32,000 nucleotides of DNA from Wolbachia endosymbiont of Litomosoides sigmodontis (GTDB taxonomy: Bacteria > Pseudomonadota > Alphaproteobacteria > Rickettsiales > Anaplasmataceae), in NCBI RefSeq assembly GCF_013365435.1, contig NZ_CP046577.1:210001-242000 (forward strand), in the 5' to 3' direction. The notes under the pieces were generated by a model. That model made no database searches. It saw nothing but the letters and a program-made list of their open reading frames with translations, and was not told where the DNA came from. The translations under genes and the position numbers were made by a program. Positions within the stretch are counted from its first letter, which is position 1. Every line of letters begins with the position of its first letter. Positions 19,808 through 31,856 of the stretch are shown one piece after another.

Positions 19808-21196
19808 TTACTTTTTAAAGAAAGCATCTATGCACGCATCACGAAAAGCTTCGTTTATATCAGGATGAGAGTGACAAATCCTATATATATCCTCTGCTGC
19901 TGCACCATATGCCATTGCCACTGCTGCTTCATTAATTAGCACATCGGCATATGCACCTATGATATGCACGCCTAATATTGTATCTGTTGTGCTGCAAGTT
20001 AACACTTTCACGAATCCTTCAGCATCATCAGTAATTTTTGCTCTGCCGTTTGCAGCAAATTGACATTTACCAATTTTATACTTTCGATCAGCATTTTTCA
20101 ATTCTTCTTCGTTCTTGCCAATTGAAGAAACTGCAGGGTAAGTGTAAATGACCGAAGGTATAATTTTATAATTAACATAAGGAGATTGCCCAGCTATTAT
20201 CTCTGCAACTGCCACTCCTTCTTCTTCTGCTTTATGAGCAAGCATTGTTCCATTGATCACATCACCAATGGCAAATATTCCTTTCATATTAGTTTCATAT
20301 CTATTGTTGACTTGAATAAAACCATGGTTATCTTTCTCTATTTTTTTATCGATACCAAGACCTTCGGTGTATGGTTTACGTCCTACTGCAATGAGCACCT
20401 TATCAGTTTCTATAGTACTTGTTTGATCATCTTTAACAGAGTAAACTTTTACACTCAAAGAATTACTGTTTTGTTGTATTTCCTCAACTTTAGTGCTAAG
20501 CAAAAATTTTATTCCTTGTTTTTGTAAACTAGAAAGTAAAGACTTACTTAATTCTTTATCCATTGTTGCAGCAATTCTATCGAGAAATTCTACTACAGTA
20601 ACTTCAGATCCTAGCCTGCTCCATACGGAAGACATTTCAAGCCCGATTGCTCCAGCTCCAATTACAACTAGCTTTTTTGGTACTTTAGTTAAGAATAATG
20701 CACCAGTGGACGAAATAATATTTTTTTCGTTGATGTTGATTCCTGGTAAAGAACTGACGTCTGAACCGGTTGCAATTACTATGTTTTTTGTCTTTAATAC
20801 TTTTTCTTTAACTGAAACTTCAAGACTATTTCTCTCAAAAGAGATAATTTCTCCAAAACCGTTGATTTTAGTGATTTTGTGAAGGTTAAACAGATAATCT
20901 ATACCTTTTCCAAGCTCTTGAACTTTGGCATTCTTGTACTCTAGCATTTCTTTTAGGTTAAAACTTATATCTTTGATTTTTATGCCAAGTTTTGGCAAGC
21001 TATTTTTCGTACGAACATACTGATAAGAGGAATAAAGTAATGTTTTAGATGGTATACATCCAACTCGCAAACACGTGCCACCAAAAATGCTATTTCTATC
21101 TATACAAGCAACTTTTAATCCAAGTTTTGCAGCAGTAATAGCACACTTATAGCCACTTGGACCGCCACCTATAATAATCAGATCATAATCAATCAT
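19808..21196 (-). CDS. lpdA: dihydrolipoyl dehydrogenase (E3 component), paralogue 2
   Basis: 462-aa ORF with GGGPSG, redox disulfide CLRVGC, and a C-terminal HSHPDINEA His-Glu region. It is strongly diverged from paralogue 1, so the two are ancient paralogues. Confidence 0.9.
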   Translation of the reverse strand: MIDYDLIIIGGGPSGYKCAITAAKLGLKVACIDRNSIFGGTCLRVGCIPSKTLLYSSYQYVRTKNSLPKLGIKIKDISFNLKEMLEYKNAKVQELGKGIDYLFNLHKITKINGFGEIISFERNSLEVSVKEKVLKTKNIVIATGSDVSSLPGININEKNIISSTGALFLTKVPKKLVVIGAGAIGLEMSSVWSRLGSEVTVVEFLDRIAATMDKELSKSLLSSLQKQGIKFLLSTKVEEIQQNSNSLSVKVYSVKDDQTSTIETDKVLIAVGRKPYTEGLGIDKKIEKDNHGFIQVNNRYETNMKGIFAIGDVINGTMLAHKAEEEGVAVAEIIAGQSPYVNYKIIPSVIYTYPAVSSIGKNEEELKNADRKYKIGKCQFAANGRAKITDDAEGFVKVLTCSTTDTILGVHIIGAYADVLINEAAVAMAYGAAAEDIYRICHSHPDINEAFRDACIDAFFKK

Positions 21197-22298
21197 AAGA
21201 AATGAACCTATTTTCTAAAGAATAAACGCCATTTCCTTCAGTTGTTACGTATACCTTGCCATGGGTAAATACTGGAGTATGAAACATATTGCTCGGTATT
21301 TTAATAATTTCTTCTGCACTTCCAGATTCAAGAAAAGCAAACATTAACCCTTTATTACTTGTAACCCATAGCGTATGAGCATACATAACTGGAGCAAATA
21401 ATTGCATATTTTCTATTAAATTAGACGTCCAGACTTCTTCTCCATTTTGTATATCAATACAAATTATTTTGTTATCTTTAGTCACTATAAAAATTCTACC
21501 ACCGTCCTTCTGTTCCTTTGCAGAGATAAGCTGACTATAACATGACTCAATATCTGATATGCTTTTTACTTCTAGTGGCTTGGACCATAAAATATTTCCT
21601 GATTTTACATCAATACCATAAATGTAAGAGTTATTTGTAGCTATTAAAACGTTTTTACACACTCTTGGTGTGGTAGTTATATCTGTGAACGGTGTATCCA
21701 AAAAGTTTGTAGCTAATTTTTGGTTCCACAATTTTTTACCATCTTTATTAAAGGCTATTAGTTCACCATTTGAAAAAGGTGCTATTATTTTATTATTGGA
21801 AATTGCTGGCGATATGGAGTATATACCTTGTATCTCATTGATACCATTTTGGTAATTCCAAGTAGCACTGCCATCTTTTACATCGAATGTATGCAGATAG
21901 TTATCAATAGTCAAAACTATTAATTTATTGTCTATTACTACTACTTTTCCTCTCGCAGGAGCTCTTAGCTCTTTTTCCCATTGGATCTCACCAGTTTTTG
22001 CATCTATTGCGTGCAGAACATTATCTACTACAAAGAAAACGTTTCTTCCATAACTCGATAAGCTCATGTTACCAATCTTTTTTCTGTACGGAAGGTGTAA
22101 TTTCCAGTTTATAAACCTTGAATTGTCAATATCAAAAGAATATAAGGTGCCATGCTTATCTGCTAAAATAACACTATTTTCTGCGAGTACTGGGGCTACA
22201 TACCCTTGAGATAATTTTTTATCCACTAAATTTATTCGTTCACTTGCCATTGTGTAGCTGCTACACAATAATACTATTATAACAATAATTACTTTCAT
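21189..22298 (-). CDS. PQQ-like beta-propeller repeat protein (BamB-like), secreted
   Basis: 369-aa ORF with an N-terminal signal peptide MKVIIVIIVLLCSSYTMA. It has repeated W-containing beta-propeller blades (GEIQWEKEL, GSATWNYQ, GKKLWNQKL, GNILWSKPL, GEEVWTSNL). Its stop overlaps the lpd start in the sequence ATGATTGA, an 8-nt overlap. Confidence 0.75.
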   Translation of the reverse strand: MKVIIVIIVLLCSSYTMASERINLVDKKLSQGYVAPVLAENSVILADKHGTLYSFDIDNSRFINWKLHLPYRKKIGNMSLSSYGRNVFFVVDNVLHAIDAKTGEIQWEKELRAPARGKVVVIDNKLIVLTIDNYLHTFDVKDGSATWNYQNGINEIQGIYSISPAISNNKIIAPFSNGELIAFNKDGKKLWNQKLATNFLDTPFTDITTTPRVCKNVLIATNNSYIYGIDVKSGNILWSKPLEVKSISDIESCYSQLISAKEQKDGGRIFIVTKDNKIICIDIQNGEEVWTSNLIENMQLFAPVMYAHTLWVTSNKGLMFAFLESGSAEEIIKIPSNMFHTPVFTHGKVYVTTEGNGVYSLENRFISYD

Positions 22299-22339
22299 TG
22301 CTTATTGAAAACAAGATTTATTAATATACATACTAGAAA

Positions 22340-22885
22340 TCTTAATTACAACGAAAATGTTCTTGTTGTATGTAAAAATATAGGATTTTTTGTGCAAGAA
22401 ATCAGTTCATTTTTTACAGAGATAAAGGTTTTTAAATTATCAGTATGACATACGAGAACTTACACCATTTATTATGTTTAACAAGTTGACTCATCTTTAA
22501 TGATGATATTAGTTTTTTTGTATCTATACTTCAACTTGTTTAAATTTAGTCTGATTCAATCAGATTTCTTTGAGATGTTGAGCGAGTAAATAATTTTTCT
22601 TCTTTTCTAAATTTGAGGTGCTTTATCTATGAAATTGGTGTTGTTCTTGAAATTTAGCTTATTTTTGTCAAGGCTATTATATTATGCTTTTTGCTATAAT
22701 TACAGCATTTAGTTTTTTTGCAACATATGAATTATTTCGACTTCCTTCAGCATTTTTTTCTAATTCCCAACTTTTTTATCCAATAATTTTAATTTCAATG
22801 CCATTTAAACCTCGCTATTTTACTTAAGCATGGCGCTTCTTTTTCATTATTATCTATCCGTTCTTGTGCAGTGAGGATTAGTATA
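22340..22885 (-). mobile_element. heavily deleted IS630-family relic E
   Basis: The clear 5' ~390 bp of the element lies in reverse orientation at about 22497-22885 and ends in the left terminus (reverse complement TATACTAATCCTCACTGCACA). Weaker, patchy similarity to more 3' element sequence continues down to about 22340. The left boundary is uncertain. Confidence 0.65.
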
Positions 22886-23187
22886 ACTATCAGACTGAAG
22901 ATATAGATATCACTCATGTATTACTACTAGCATAAGTGTAACTGAAATCAGGCAGCTTTACAAAAAATTTATGGATGATGATATTTTTTTGCTTATCAGA
23001 TAAGCTCTAGTATTAATCTTCTGCTCTCTTTAAGTATATGACCCCAGGATATGAGGTATAATAAGTAAGAAAATTATGATATTTTCTTTATTTGCTAAAA
23101 ACTTCAACTTGCCCCCAATAAAGGTACAAAGTAATTGTGTCTAGTTACTGCATGTTATTCACTGATGAAAGATTTACAAATGTTTTT

Positions 23188-23940
23188 TTAATTAACTATG
23201 GAGGAAAATTCCTCTGCATAAGAATTTTTCATAGCATTCAGTGTATCATAATCCGTAAAATCTAATTTTATTGGTGTAATGGTAATAAATCCTTCTTTGA
23301 TTTTGCCAACACTACCGCTACCTGAATATTCTCGAGACCAATTTAAACTTAAAGAACCATCAGAATTTTCAGTGAAAGTTAAGTCCCCATCAATGTTATA
23401 TTCACCTTGTTCAGCAAATTCTACTCCTTTTACTTTTTCTATAGCAGAAAAATTTATGCTCATCGCTATATTTTTAGGCCAACCAATTTTAACTAGTTTA
23501 GCGATGACCTTTGGTGCAAAGGCCTTTGTATTATACCAGTTTATTCCACCATGATATGCTTGACTTAATGCAATAGAAGGTATAGATCTTGCAGCACCTT
23601 CCATTACAGCGCCGATTGTTCCTGAGTAACAAACATCATCTCCAACATTTGACCCAATGTTTACTCCAGATAATATTAAGTCTGGCTTTTTATCCATAAT
23701 CTTATTTAGTGCGATAATTACACAATCTGCAGGGGTGCCAGACACACTGAACTCCTTTTCACTGTGTTGGTTTATTTTAATAGACTGCTTCACTGGATAA
23801 TCAAGAGATCTTGCCGCTCCGCTTCTATCAGAATCTGGTGCCACTGTCCAAATTTCTGATGAAAAATTTCGTGCAACCTCTTTAAGTAATTTTATTCCTT
23901 CACTTTCGACACCGTCGTCATTTGTTATTAATATTATCAT
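23188..23940 (-). CDS. surE: 5'/3'-nucleotidase SurE
   Basis: 250-aa ORF. Its N-terminus MIILITNDDGVESEGI...VAPDSDRSGA matches the SurE signature. Confidence 0.9.
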   Translation of the reverse strand: MIILITNDDGVESEGIKLLKEVARNFSSEIWTVAPDSDRSGAARSLDYPVKQSIKINQHSEKEFSVSGTPADCVIIALNKIMDKKPDLILSGVNIGSNVGDDVCYSGTIGAVMEGAARSIPSIALSQAYHGGINWYNTKAFAPKVIAKLVKIGWPKNIAMSINFSAIEKVKGVEFAEQGEYNIDGDLTFTENSDGSLSLNWSREYSGSGSVGKIKEGFITITPIKLDFTDYDTLNAMKNSYAEEFSSIVN

Positions 23941-24132
23941 GTAAAGTTTTGTATAGCTCTAAAGTTATGATAAATAATTCCGGTCATCGATTGCAAATAA
24001 ATACATCACTCTTAAATTGTTTAACTATCTGCAACTTCTTTTGTTATTTCTCAGTGCTTTATCGAGTACTATATGCTGAGTTGAAGAAAATTTGCGACTT
24101 GAAACGCCAAAATTAATATGGCATTATGTTGA

Positions 24133-26208
<2,076 letters not shown>

Positions 26209-26409
26209 GTAGTATATGTGTTTTAATATTAATTTTTATAGATAAGCAAGGCTAATTGCTAAGTTAAAGTTGTAGGCATTCTTTAATTGGCTTATTATCC
26301 TATTTCTAGGATTTAGTGCAACATTGTAAATCATACAAGAGTTCTTATTGGGTAGACCTGTTTCTACAACGTTAGATCTCTTGCATGGTTTTTGATAGTG
26401 TATTGTGTA

Positions 26410-26862
26410 TAATACCAGTTCTAATTGTTAGTGGATCAAATTATGGGACATTGTAAAGTTGTTTAATTGCCGAGTGAGAAAGAGAGATGGTAAATTTGCA
26501 CAAAAGCGCTCTCAAGAAAAGCAACTATATTATAGCCTTTACTGGCTAGAATGTTCTATTTTATATACAACCAAAGTTTCTCAAAAGGATCGAGTTCTGG
26601 TAAGTATGGTGTAAGTATGTAATCTTGATATTTTTAGGTACTTTTAAATTTTTCGACTTATATTAACCAGCACGATCCATACCAAGAAAGGCTTCTCGTG
26701 CTCTTAAATATTGTAACATTTGTTCAAGAAATACATTCATACAATCAGTGTTGACATTCGGTATAAATAAACAATTAGAACTCTCTCAATATTCTTAAGA
26801 TTAACTGCACTGTAGAGATAAAAAATTTTTCTATCTAATTTTACTTTAACTCGTATTCTAAT
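26410..26862 (-). mobile_element. IS630-family relic F, outer copy, 3' ~450 bp
   Basis: Starts with the right terminus ATACCAGTTCTAATTGTTAGTGG in reverse orientation. It is collinear with the 3' part of the element until the left terminus of an oppositely oriented copy interrupts it. Confidence 0.8.
26546..26850. repeat. left arm of ~305-bp inverted repeat (pairs with 27438-27744)
   Basis: Manual alignment to the reverse complement of 27438-27744 shows 6 substitutions, all transitions, plus one 2-bp indel. That is about 98% identity. Confidence 0.85.
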
Positions 26863-27751
26863 ATTAATTTTACTATACAAGAAGTGAGTAGGCAATAATG
26901 GAAAAGAAGTCTTACTGAAGTAAGTAAAATGGTGCATATGTTGTAAAAAAATTAAATGCTATAGTTATAGCAAAAAGGCGTAGTATGCTAGCTTTAGCAA
27001 AAATATATTGCATTTTATGGACAGCGCTAACTGCATAGATAAAGCACCTAAAAATTTAGAAGAGAAGAAAGATTATTTACTTCTCCCAATGTTGTGAAAG
27101 AACTAGCTTGAATCAGCGCAAACTTGAATAAATTGAAATATGGATATAAAAAAACTGATATTACCATTAAAATAATGAGAATAAGAATCCAGGAAAAATT
27201 TAGCTTAAATGTCGGTAAGTCTACGGTATACCATAAATATGTAAAAATGAAATTTTCGTATATTATGCCAAGACAATTTATAATGAATAGGATGAAGGTA
27301 GACAGAAAGAGTTAAAAAAAACTTAATGAAGCTATTAGTGAATATCCTAAATAAAAGTCATTTTTTTTGATAAATCGTGATTTGGCACACATTCGAAAGT
27401 TGGACATGGATAATTTAAAAAGAGCATTAGAACACAGGTTAAAGTAAAATTAGATAGAAAAATTTTTTATCTCTACAGTGCAGTTAATCCTAAGAATATT
27501 GAGAGAGTTCTAATTGTTTATTTATACCGAATGTCAACACTGATTGTATGAATGTATTTCTTGAACAAATGTTACAATATTTAAGAGCACGAGAAGCCTT
27601 TCTTGGTATGGATTGTGCTGGTTATAATATAAGTCGAAAAATTTAAAGGTACCTAAAAATATCAAGATTACATACTTACACCATACTTGCCAGAACTCGA
27701 TCCTTTTGAGAAACTTTGGTTGTATGTAAAATAGAACATTTTAGATAATGT
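26863..27751 (+). mobile_element. IS630-family relic F, inner copy (lacks last ~135 bp; ~95-bp 5' deletion)
   Basis: The left-end region ...CAAGAAGTGAGTAGGCAATAATGGAAAAGAAG is followed by forward-oriented element sequence, for example FFDKS*FGTHSKVGHG and KVKLDRKIFYLYSAVNPKN in translation. Confidence 0.8.
27438..27744. repeat. right arm of ~305-bp inverted repeat (pairs with 26546-26850)
   Basis: See the left arm. A 587-bp spacer separates the two arms. Confidence 0.85.
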
Positions 27752-27978
27752 TTTTACTATATCTGCTGTACTGTGCTTTCTTGCTACAATTACAATGTTT
27801 AATTTTTTCGCGTATGCGTTATTTCGTACTTTCTTTAGTATTTTTTTTACTGATTCTACGATTTTTTTCATCCAATAATTTTAACTTCAACGCCATTTAA
27901 GACTCGCTATTTTACCTACTTTATTAGGGCTTCTTTCCCATTGTTATTTACCAATTCTTTGTACAGTGGGAATTGATA
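27752..27978 (-). mobile_element. IS630-family relic F, outer copy, 5' ~227 bp
   Basis: This is the reverse-oriented 5' part of the element, ending in the left terminus (reverse complement ATATCAATTCCCACTGTAC). Confidence 0.75.
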
Positions 27979-28138
27979 TTCTATGCTAGAAATATTATAA
28001 TACACTGATTGGGGAAATTGTTGATTAGTCTGTATAAATTTTGAATTGTAGTGTGATAAAGTCTAGTCCAAAACTTGGAAAGCAGATGATATAGAACATT
28101 TCCAAAAAAAACCGCCAATTTCTGCTAAAGCTTGGGTA

Positions 28139-28729
28139 CTATTCTTCTTTTTTGTTATCTTCAAGCTTTTCTTGATTAGTCATTCCCTTGCCAATATCTT
28201 TTATTTTTAGTATCAACGACTCTGGTACATACATATCAGCTATATCTTCTACTGTCACAAATAAAGCCTGATAAGAATAAGAATTTATTATCCAATTAGG
28301 CAGTATATCTTCTGCTTCTATTTTTGACTGTTCTTCTTTTTTATTATGCACTATGTAGCAATATAAGTATACAGCAAGAAATAGTATATAGGAAAGCAGT
28401 ATACCTCTGAGTGCTCCAACAAAAATTCCAGTCGCTCTGTCAATTAGTCCCAGCCTTATAGGTGCTAATATGTACATTAGCCAGTTATTTATTATCATAA
28501 ATATAAGATTAAATATAATAAATACAGAAATTGTAGAAAATATGTTCTGCATAGCTTTGGAGTTAAAATATTTGCTATAATTTATAGTGAAGAAGTCATA
28601 GTGATTTGCTGTGAGAAAGACCGATAGGAATAAAAATATTAGTGCGCATAATTCTTTTATAAAACCTCTAGTTATTGAGGTTATTACGCATACAATGATA
28701 ATAAAGATAATAAGACAATCGAAAAGCAT
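28139..28729 (-). CDS. cvpA: CvpA family membrane protein (colicin V production protein homologue)
   Basis: The N-terminus MLFDCLIIFIIIVCVITSITRGFIKELCALIFLFLSVF is typical of CvpA, and several TM helices follow. The tracked ORF extends 11 codons further upstream to 28762. Confidence 0.8.
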   Translation of the reverse strand: MLFDCLIIFIIIVCVITSITRGFIKELCALIFLFLSVFLTANHYDFFTINYSKYFNSKAMQNIFSTISVFIIFNLIFMIINNWLMYILAPIRLGLIDRATGIFVGALRGILLSYILFLAVYLYCYIVHNKKEEQSKIEAEDILPNWIINSYSYQALFVTVEDIADMYVPESLILKIKDIGKGMTNQEKLEDNKKEE

Positions 28730-28779
28730 ACTATAATGATTTTCAAAATATAATAATTGCAAACAACAACATTGTAAAA

Positions 28780-29376
28780 TTAATTGTATTTATACTGCAT
28801 TAGTTGGTCTAAATACCGAGCAATTATGTCAACTTCTAAATTTAAATGATCATTTACTTTATTATATTGAAAGGTTGTATTTTGCCATGTATAGGGAATA
28901 ATATTTACGGTAAACTCTCGACTAGTAACTGAATTTACTGTGAGAGAGACTCCATCTAGAGTTACTGATCCCTTTCTTGCAACGAATTTAATTAATTCTT
29001 GTGGGCAGGATAGCTTGATTTCATAAGAACCCAAATTTTGATTAATTGTTAAAATTTTCACTATTTCATCTACATGACCCTGGATCAGGTGGCCATCAAT
29101 CTTGTCACTTAATCTCATTGCTTTTTCTAGGTTTATTTTTTTTCCCACCTTCCATGCATTTAAGTTAGAAACCTTCATAGTTTCTTGAGATATTTGAACT
29201 GTAAATACATCGTTAATTATGGTAACAACAGTTAAACACACGCCAGAGCAAGCTATTGAATCTCCTTCATGTATAGAGAATAAATCTTGTGCCTTAATAT
29301 GAAAGATTTGGTCAGAGTTAGAATAGATGGTAGTATTGATTATAGTTCCAATATTCGTAATAATCCCTTTAAACAT
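28780..29376 (-). CDS. ribE: riboflavin synthase, alpha subunit
   Basis: 198-aa ORF with N-terminus MFKGIITNIGTI, two lumazine-binding repeats (SIACSGVCLTV and SVTLDGVSLTV), and GHLIQGHVD. Confidence 0.9.
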   Translation of the reverse strand: MFKGIITNIGTIINTTIYSNSDQIFHIKAQDLFSIHEGDSIACSGVCLTVVTIINDVFTVQISQETMKVSNLNAWKVGKKINLEKAMRLSDKIDGHLIQGHVDEIVKILTINQNLGSYEIKLSCPQELIKFVARKGSVTLDGVSLTVNSVTSREFTVNIIPYTWQNTTFQYNKVNDHLNLEVDIIARYLDQLMQYKYN

Positions 29377-29495
29377 TATAGTGAAAATAAAATCATTTTA
29401 TCACAAACAATCTTTTAAATAGCTCATTTCTATTTTTCAAGCGCGAAAAAGAGGATCGTTTTTACTTATTCGTTTAGTAGGTTTTACTGAATATT

Positions 29496-29560
29496 TATAC
29501 CGATTCTCATTGTTAGTGGATTAAATAAGTGACATTGCAGAGTTGTTTAATTGTGAAGTG
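29496..29560 (-). mobile_element. IS630-family right-end 65-bp fragment (outer copy of relic G)
   Basis: TATACCGATTCTCATTGTTAGTGGATTAAATAAGTGACATTGCAGAGTTGTTTAATTGTGAAGTG is the element's right end in reverse orientation. It directly abuts the left terminus of the forward copy. Confidence 0.75.
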
Positions 29561-30646
29561 ATACTGATTTCTGTTATGTAAGAGAAGGATGACAATAATG
29601 AAAAAGAAGCTATACTGAAGTGAGTAAAATAGCGAGATTTAAGTGGAGTTAGAATCAAAACTATTGGATGAAGAAGTTGTAGAATTAGTAAAAGAAATGC
29701 TGAAGAAAGTATAAAATATACATATGTGCAAAAAACTCAATGCTGTAATTACAATAAAAAGTGCAGTATAACAGGTGTAGCAAAAATATGTTGCATTTCA
29801 AGAACAGCATTGACTACATAGATAAAGCACCTAAAATTTGTAAAAGGAAGAAAAATTATTTGCTTTTCCTCAATGTCGTAGAAAAACTAGATTGAATCTA
29901 GGTTACTTTAAACAAGTTGAGTGTGGATAAAAGAAAATCTTAATATTACCATTAAAGAAATGCGAATAACAATCTAGAAAAATTTTGCTTGAATGTTAGC
30001 AAGTTTACGGTACGCCGTAGTATATAAAAGATGGAGTTTTCATATATTAAGCTAAGATCAATTTATAAGGTAAATAGAAAGAGTTTAGAAAAAACTTAAG
30101 AGACTATTGGTAAGTATCTTAAATAAGAGTTATTCATCTTTGATGAATCATAATTTACTACAACATTTAAAAGTTGAACATGGATGATTTAAAAATGACG
30201 TTAGAAAATAGGGAAAGTAAAATTGGGTAGATAAAATTTTCATCTCTATAGTGCAATTGATCTTATGAATGAAGAGAGTTTTAGCTTATTTACACTAAAA
30301 TTGTCAACACTGATTGTATAAATATGTTCCTGAATAAATGCTACAATATTTAAAAATATGTGAAGCCTTTCTTATCATGGATTATGCTAGTTAGCATAAG
30401 TAAAAAATTTAAAAGTGCCCAAAAATATTGAGATTATATACCTATCATCATACTTACCAAAGCTCAGTTTTATTGAAGGATTTTGGTTATGTGCAAAAAC
30501 AGAACATTTTGCGTAATGTCTATAATAAAATAGCTTTTCTTGAGAGCGCTTTATGTAAATTTATTATCTCTCTTCCTCACTCATTTCGCGATTAAATAAC
30601 TCTGCAATGTTACTTATTTGACCTGCTAACAGTAAGAGCTAGTATA
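29561..30646 (+). mobile_element. decayed IS630-family insertion sequence, full length (~1.09 kb), relic G
   Basis: Runs from the left end ATACTGATTTCTGTTATG to the right end CTGCTAACAGTAAGAGCTAGTATA. Translated fragments include IFDES*FTTTFKS*TWMI and MDYAS*HK*KI*KCPKILRLYTYHHTYQSSVLLKDFGYVQKQNIL. No ORF of 60 aa or more is listed in the supplied ORF track. Confidence 0.85.
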
Positions 30647-30776
30647 AGCTACGTTTACACCGTTCAGGTGATAGTATATTTTCCTTACTCTTTTTGCAAT
30701 AGTATTAAAACTTATTTTTATTGTCTATTTGTTGCTTTTAGAAGGTACATTGTATTAATGCAGGTATATGAATATT

Positions 30777-31856
30777 TTAACTTTCTTCAGCCAATCTTTC
30801 TGCTTCGTTATGTGAAATTAGTGCCTCGATAAATTCATCTAATTCACCTTCTTTTATAATCTGCTCTAGCCGATGTGAAGTTAGATTGATTCTGTGGTCT
30901 GTTATTCTTGATTGTGGGAAGTTATAAGTTCTTATACGTTCAGAACGATCTCCAGAGCCGATTTGGCTTTTTCTCATTGTTGATCTTTCTATTTCTTTTT
31001 TTTGTCTTTCAATTTCATATAGCCTTGCTCTCAATACTTTGAGTGCTTTAGCTTTATTTTTGTGCTGTGATTTTTCATCTTGCTGTATTACAGCTATTTC
31101 TGTTGGTAGGTGAGTAACTCTCACTGCACTATCAGTTGTGTTCACTGATTGTCCTCCAGGGCCACTGGATCTATAAACATCTATCCGTAAATCCTTTTCT
31201 TCTATTTTAAAATCAACTTCTTCAACTTCAGGTAATATTGCAACGGTAGCTGCAGAAGTGTGTAACCTTCCAGAAGATTCGGTTTCTGGCACTCTCTGTA
31301 CCCTATGTACTCCTGATTCAAATTTCAGCCTTGCAAAAACTTCTGTTCCATTGACAAGTGCAGAAGCTTCTTTATAACCACCTATACCTGTGCTGGAAAT
31401 GTTTATTGGCTCAAACTTCCAATTTCTTCTTTCTGCATATTTCTGGTACATCCGGAATAACATTGCTGCAAATAATGCTGCTTCTTCTCCTCCTGTACCT
31501 GCTCTAATTTCTAGTATTGCATTTCTTGAATCATCTTCGTCTTTTGGTAGTAGTGCTAGTTTTAATTTAGCTTTTACTTGTGGTAATAGTATCTTTTGTT
31601 TTTCAAAAAATTCTTCTTTAGCTAGCTCTTTTATATCATGTTCACTGTTTTCATCTTTTATTATTTCCTCTAAGTCTGAAATTTCCTTTTTTAGCGTATT
31701 ATATTCATCAATTACCCTGATAATTGGCTTAAGTTCAGAGTATTCTTTTGAAAGGTTGATAAATTTTTTTTGACTTAAATTGGTAGGGTTTTCTAATTTC
31801 TTTTCTATATCGTTAAATTTTTTCTTTAAATCTTGTAAGTTGTTTTCTATATCCAT
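30777..31856 (-). CDS. prfA: peptide chain release factor 1
   Basis: 359-aa ORF with the GGQ motif in [11 protein letters not shown] and an RF1-type P-x-T tripeptide (PET) in [16 protein letters not shown]. It lacks the RF2-type SPF motif. Confidence 0.93.
   Translation of the reverse strand: MDIENNLQDLKKKFNDIEKKLENPTNLSQKKFINLSKEYSELKPIIRVIDEYNTLKKEISDLEEIIKDENSEHDIKELAKEEFFEKQKILLPQVKAKLKLALLPKDEDDSRNAILEIRAGTGGEEAALFAAMLFRMYQKYAERRNWKFEPINISSTGIGGYKEASALVNGTEVFARLKFESGVHRVQRVPETESSGRLHTSAATVAILPEVEEVDFKIEEKDLRIDVYRSSGPGGQSVNTTDSAVRVTHLPTEIAVIQQDEKSQHKNKAKALKVLRARLYEIERQKKEIERSTMRKSQIGSGDRSERIRTYNFPQSRITDHRINLTSHRLEQIIKEGELDEFIEALISHNEAERLAEES

Noticed and set aside
20186-20882. Two plus-strand ORFs of 113 and 129 aa.
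   Set aside because: They are antisense shadow ORFs inside dihydrolipoyl dehydrogenase paralogue 2, with no recognisable motifs.
16664-21196. Two lpd genes flanking an IS relic, considered as a recent IS-mediated duplication.
   Set aside because: The two proteins are strongly diverged, roughly half identical even in the conserved N-terminal FAD region. They are ancient paralogues, probably E3 components of different 2-oxoacid dehydrogenase complexes.
3521-21196. Clustering of redox genes (trxB, peroxiredoxin, gshB and two lpd), considered as a functional redox island.
   Set aside because: The genes lie in separate conserved units on different strands, separated by unrelated genes and IS relics. 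There is no evidence of co-regulation, so the clustering is probably coincidental in a small genome.
22991-23005. Hairpin GCTTATC-A-GATAAGC next to a T-run, considered as a terminator.
   Set aside because: The T-run precedes the stem on the plus strand, so it reads as an A-run after the stem on the minus strand. The geometry fits no flanking gene.
29377-29495. Possible FMN riboswitch upstream of ribE.
   Set aside because: I cannot recognise the conserved FMN-element core or a convincing multi-stem structure in this 119-bp AT-rich spacer.
31390-31773. 127-aa plus-strand ORF.
   Set aside because: It is antisense to prfA and is a Ser/Phe-rich low-complexity translation.
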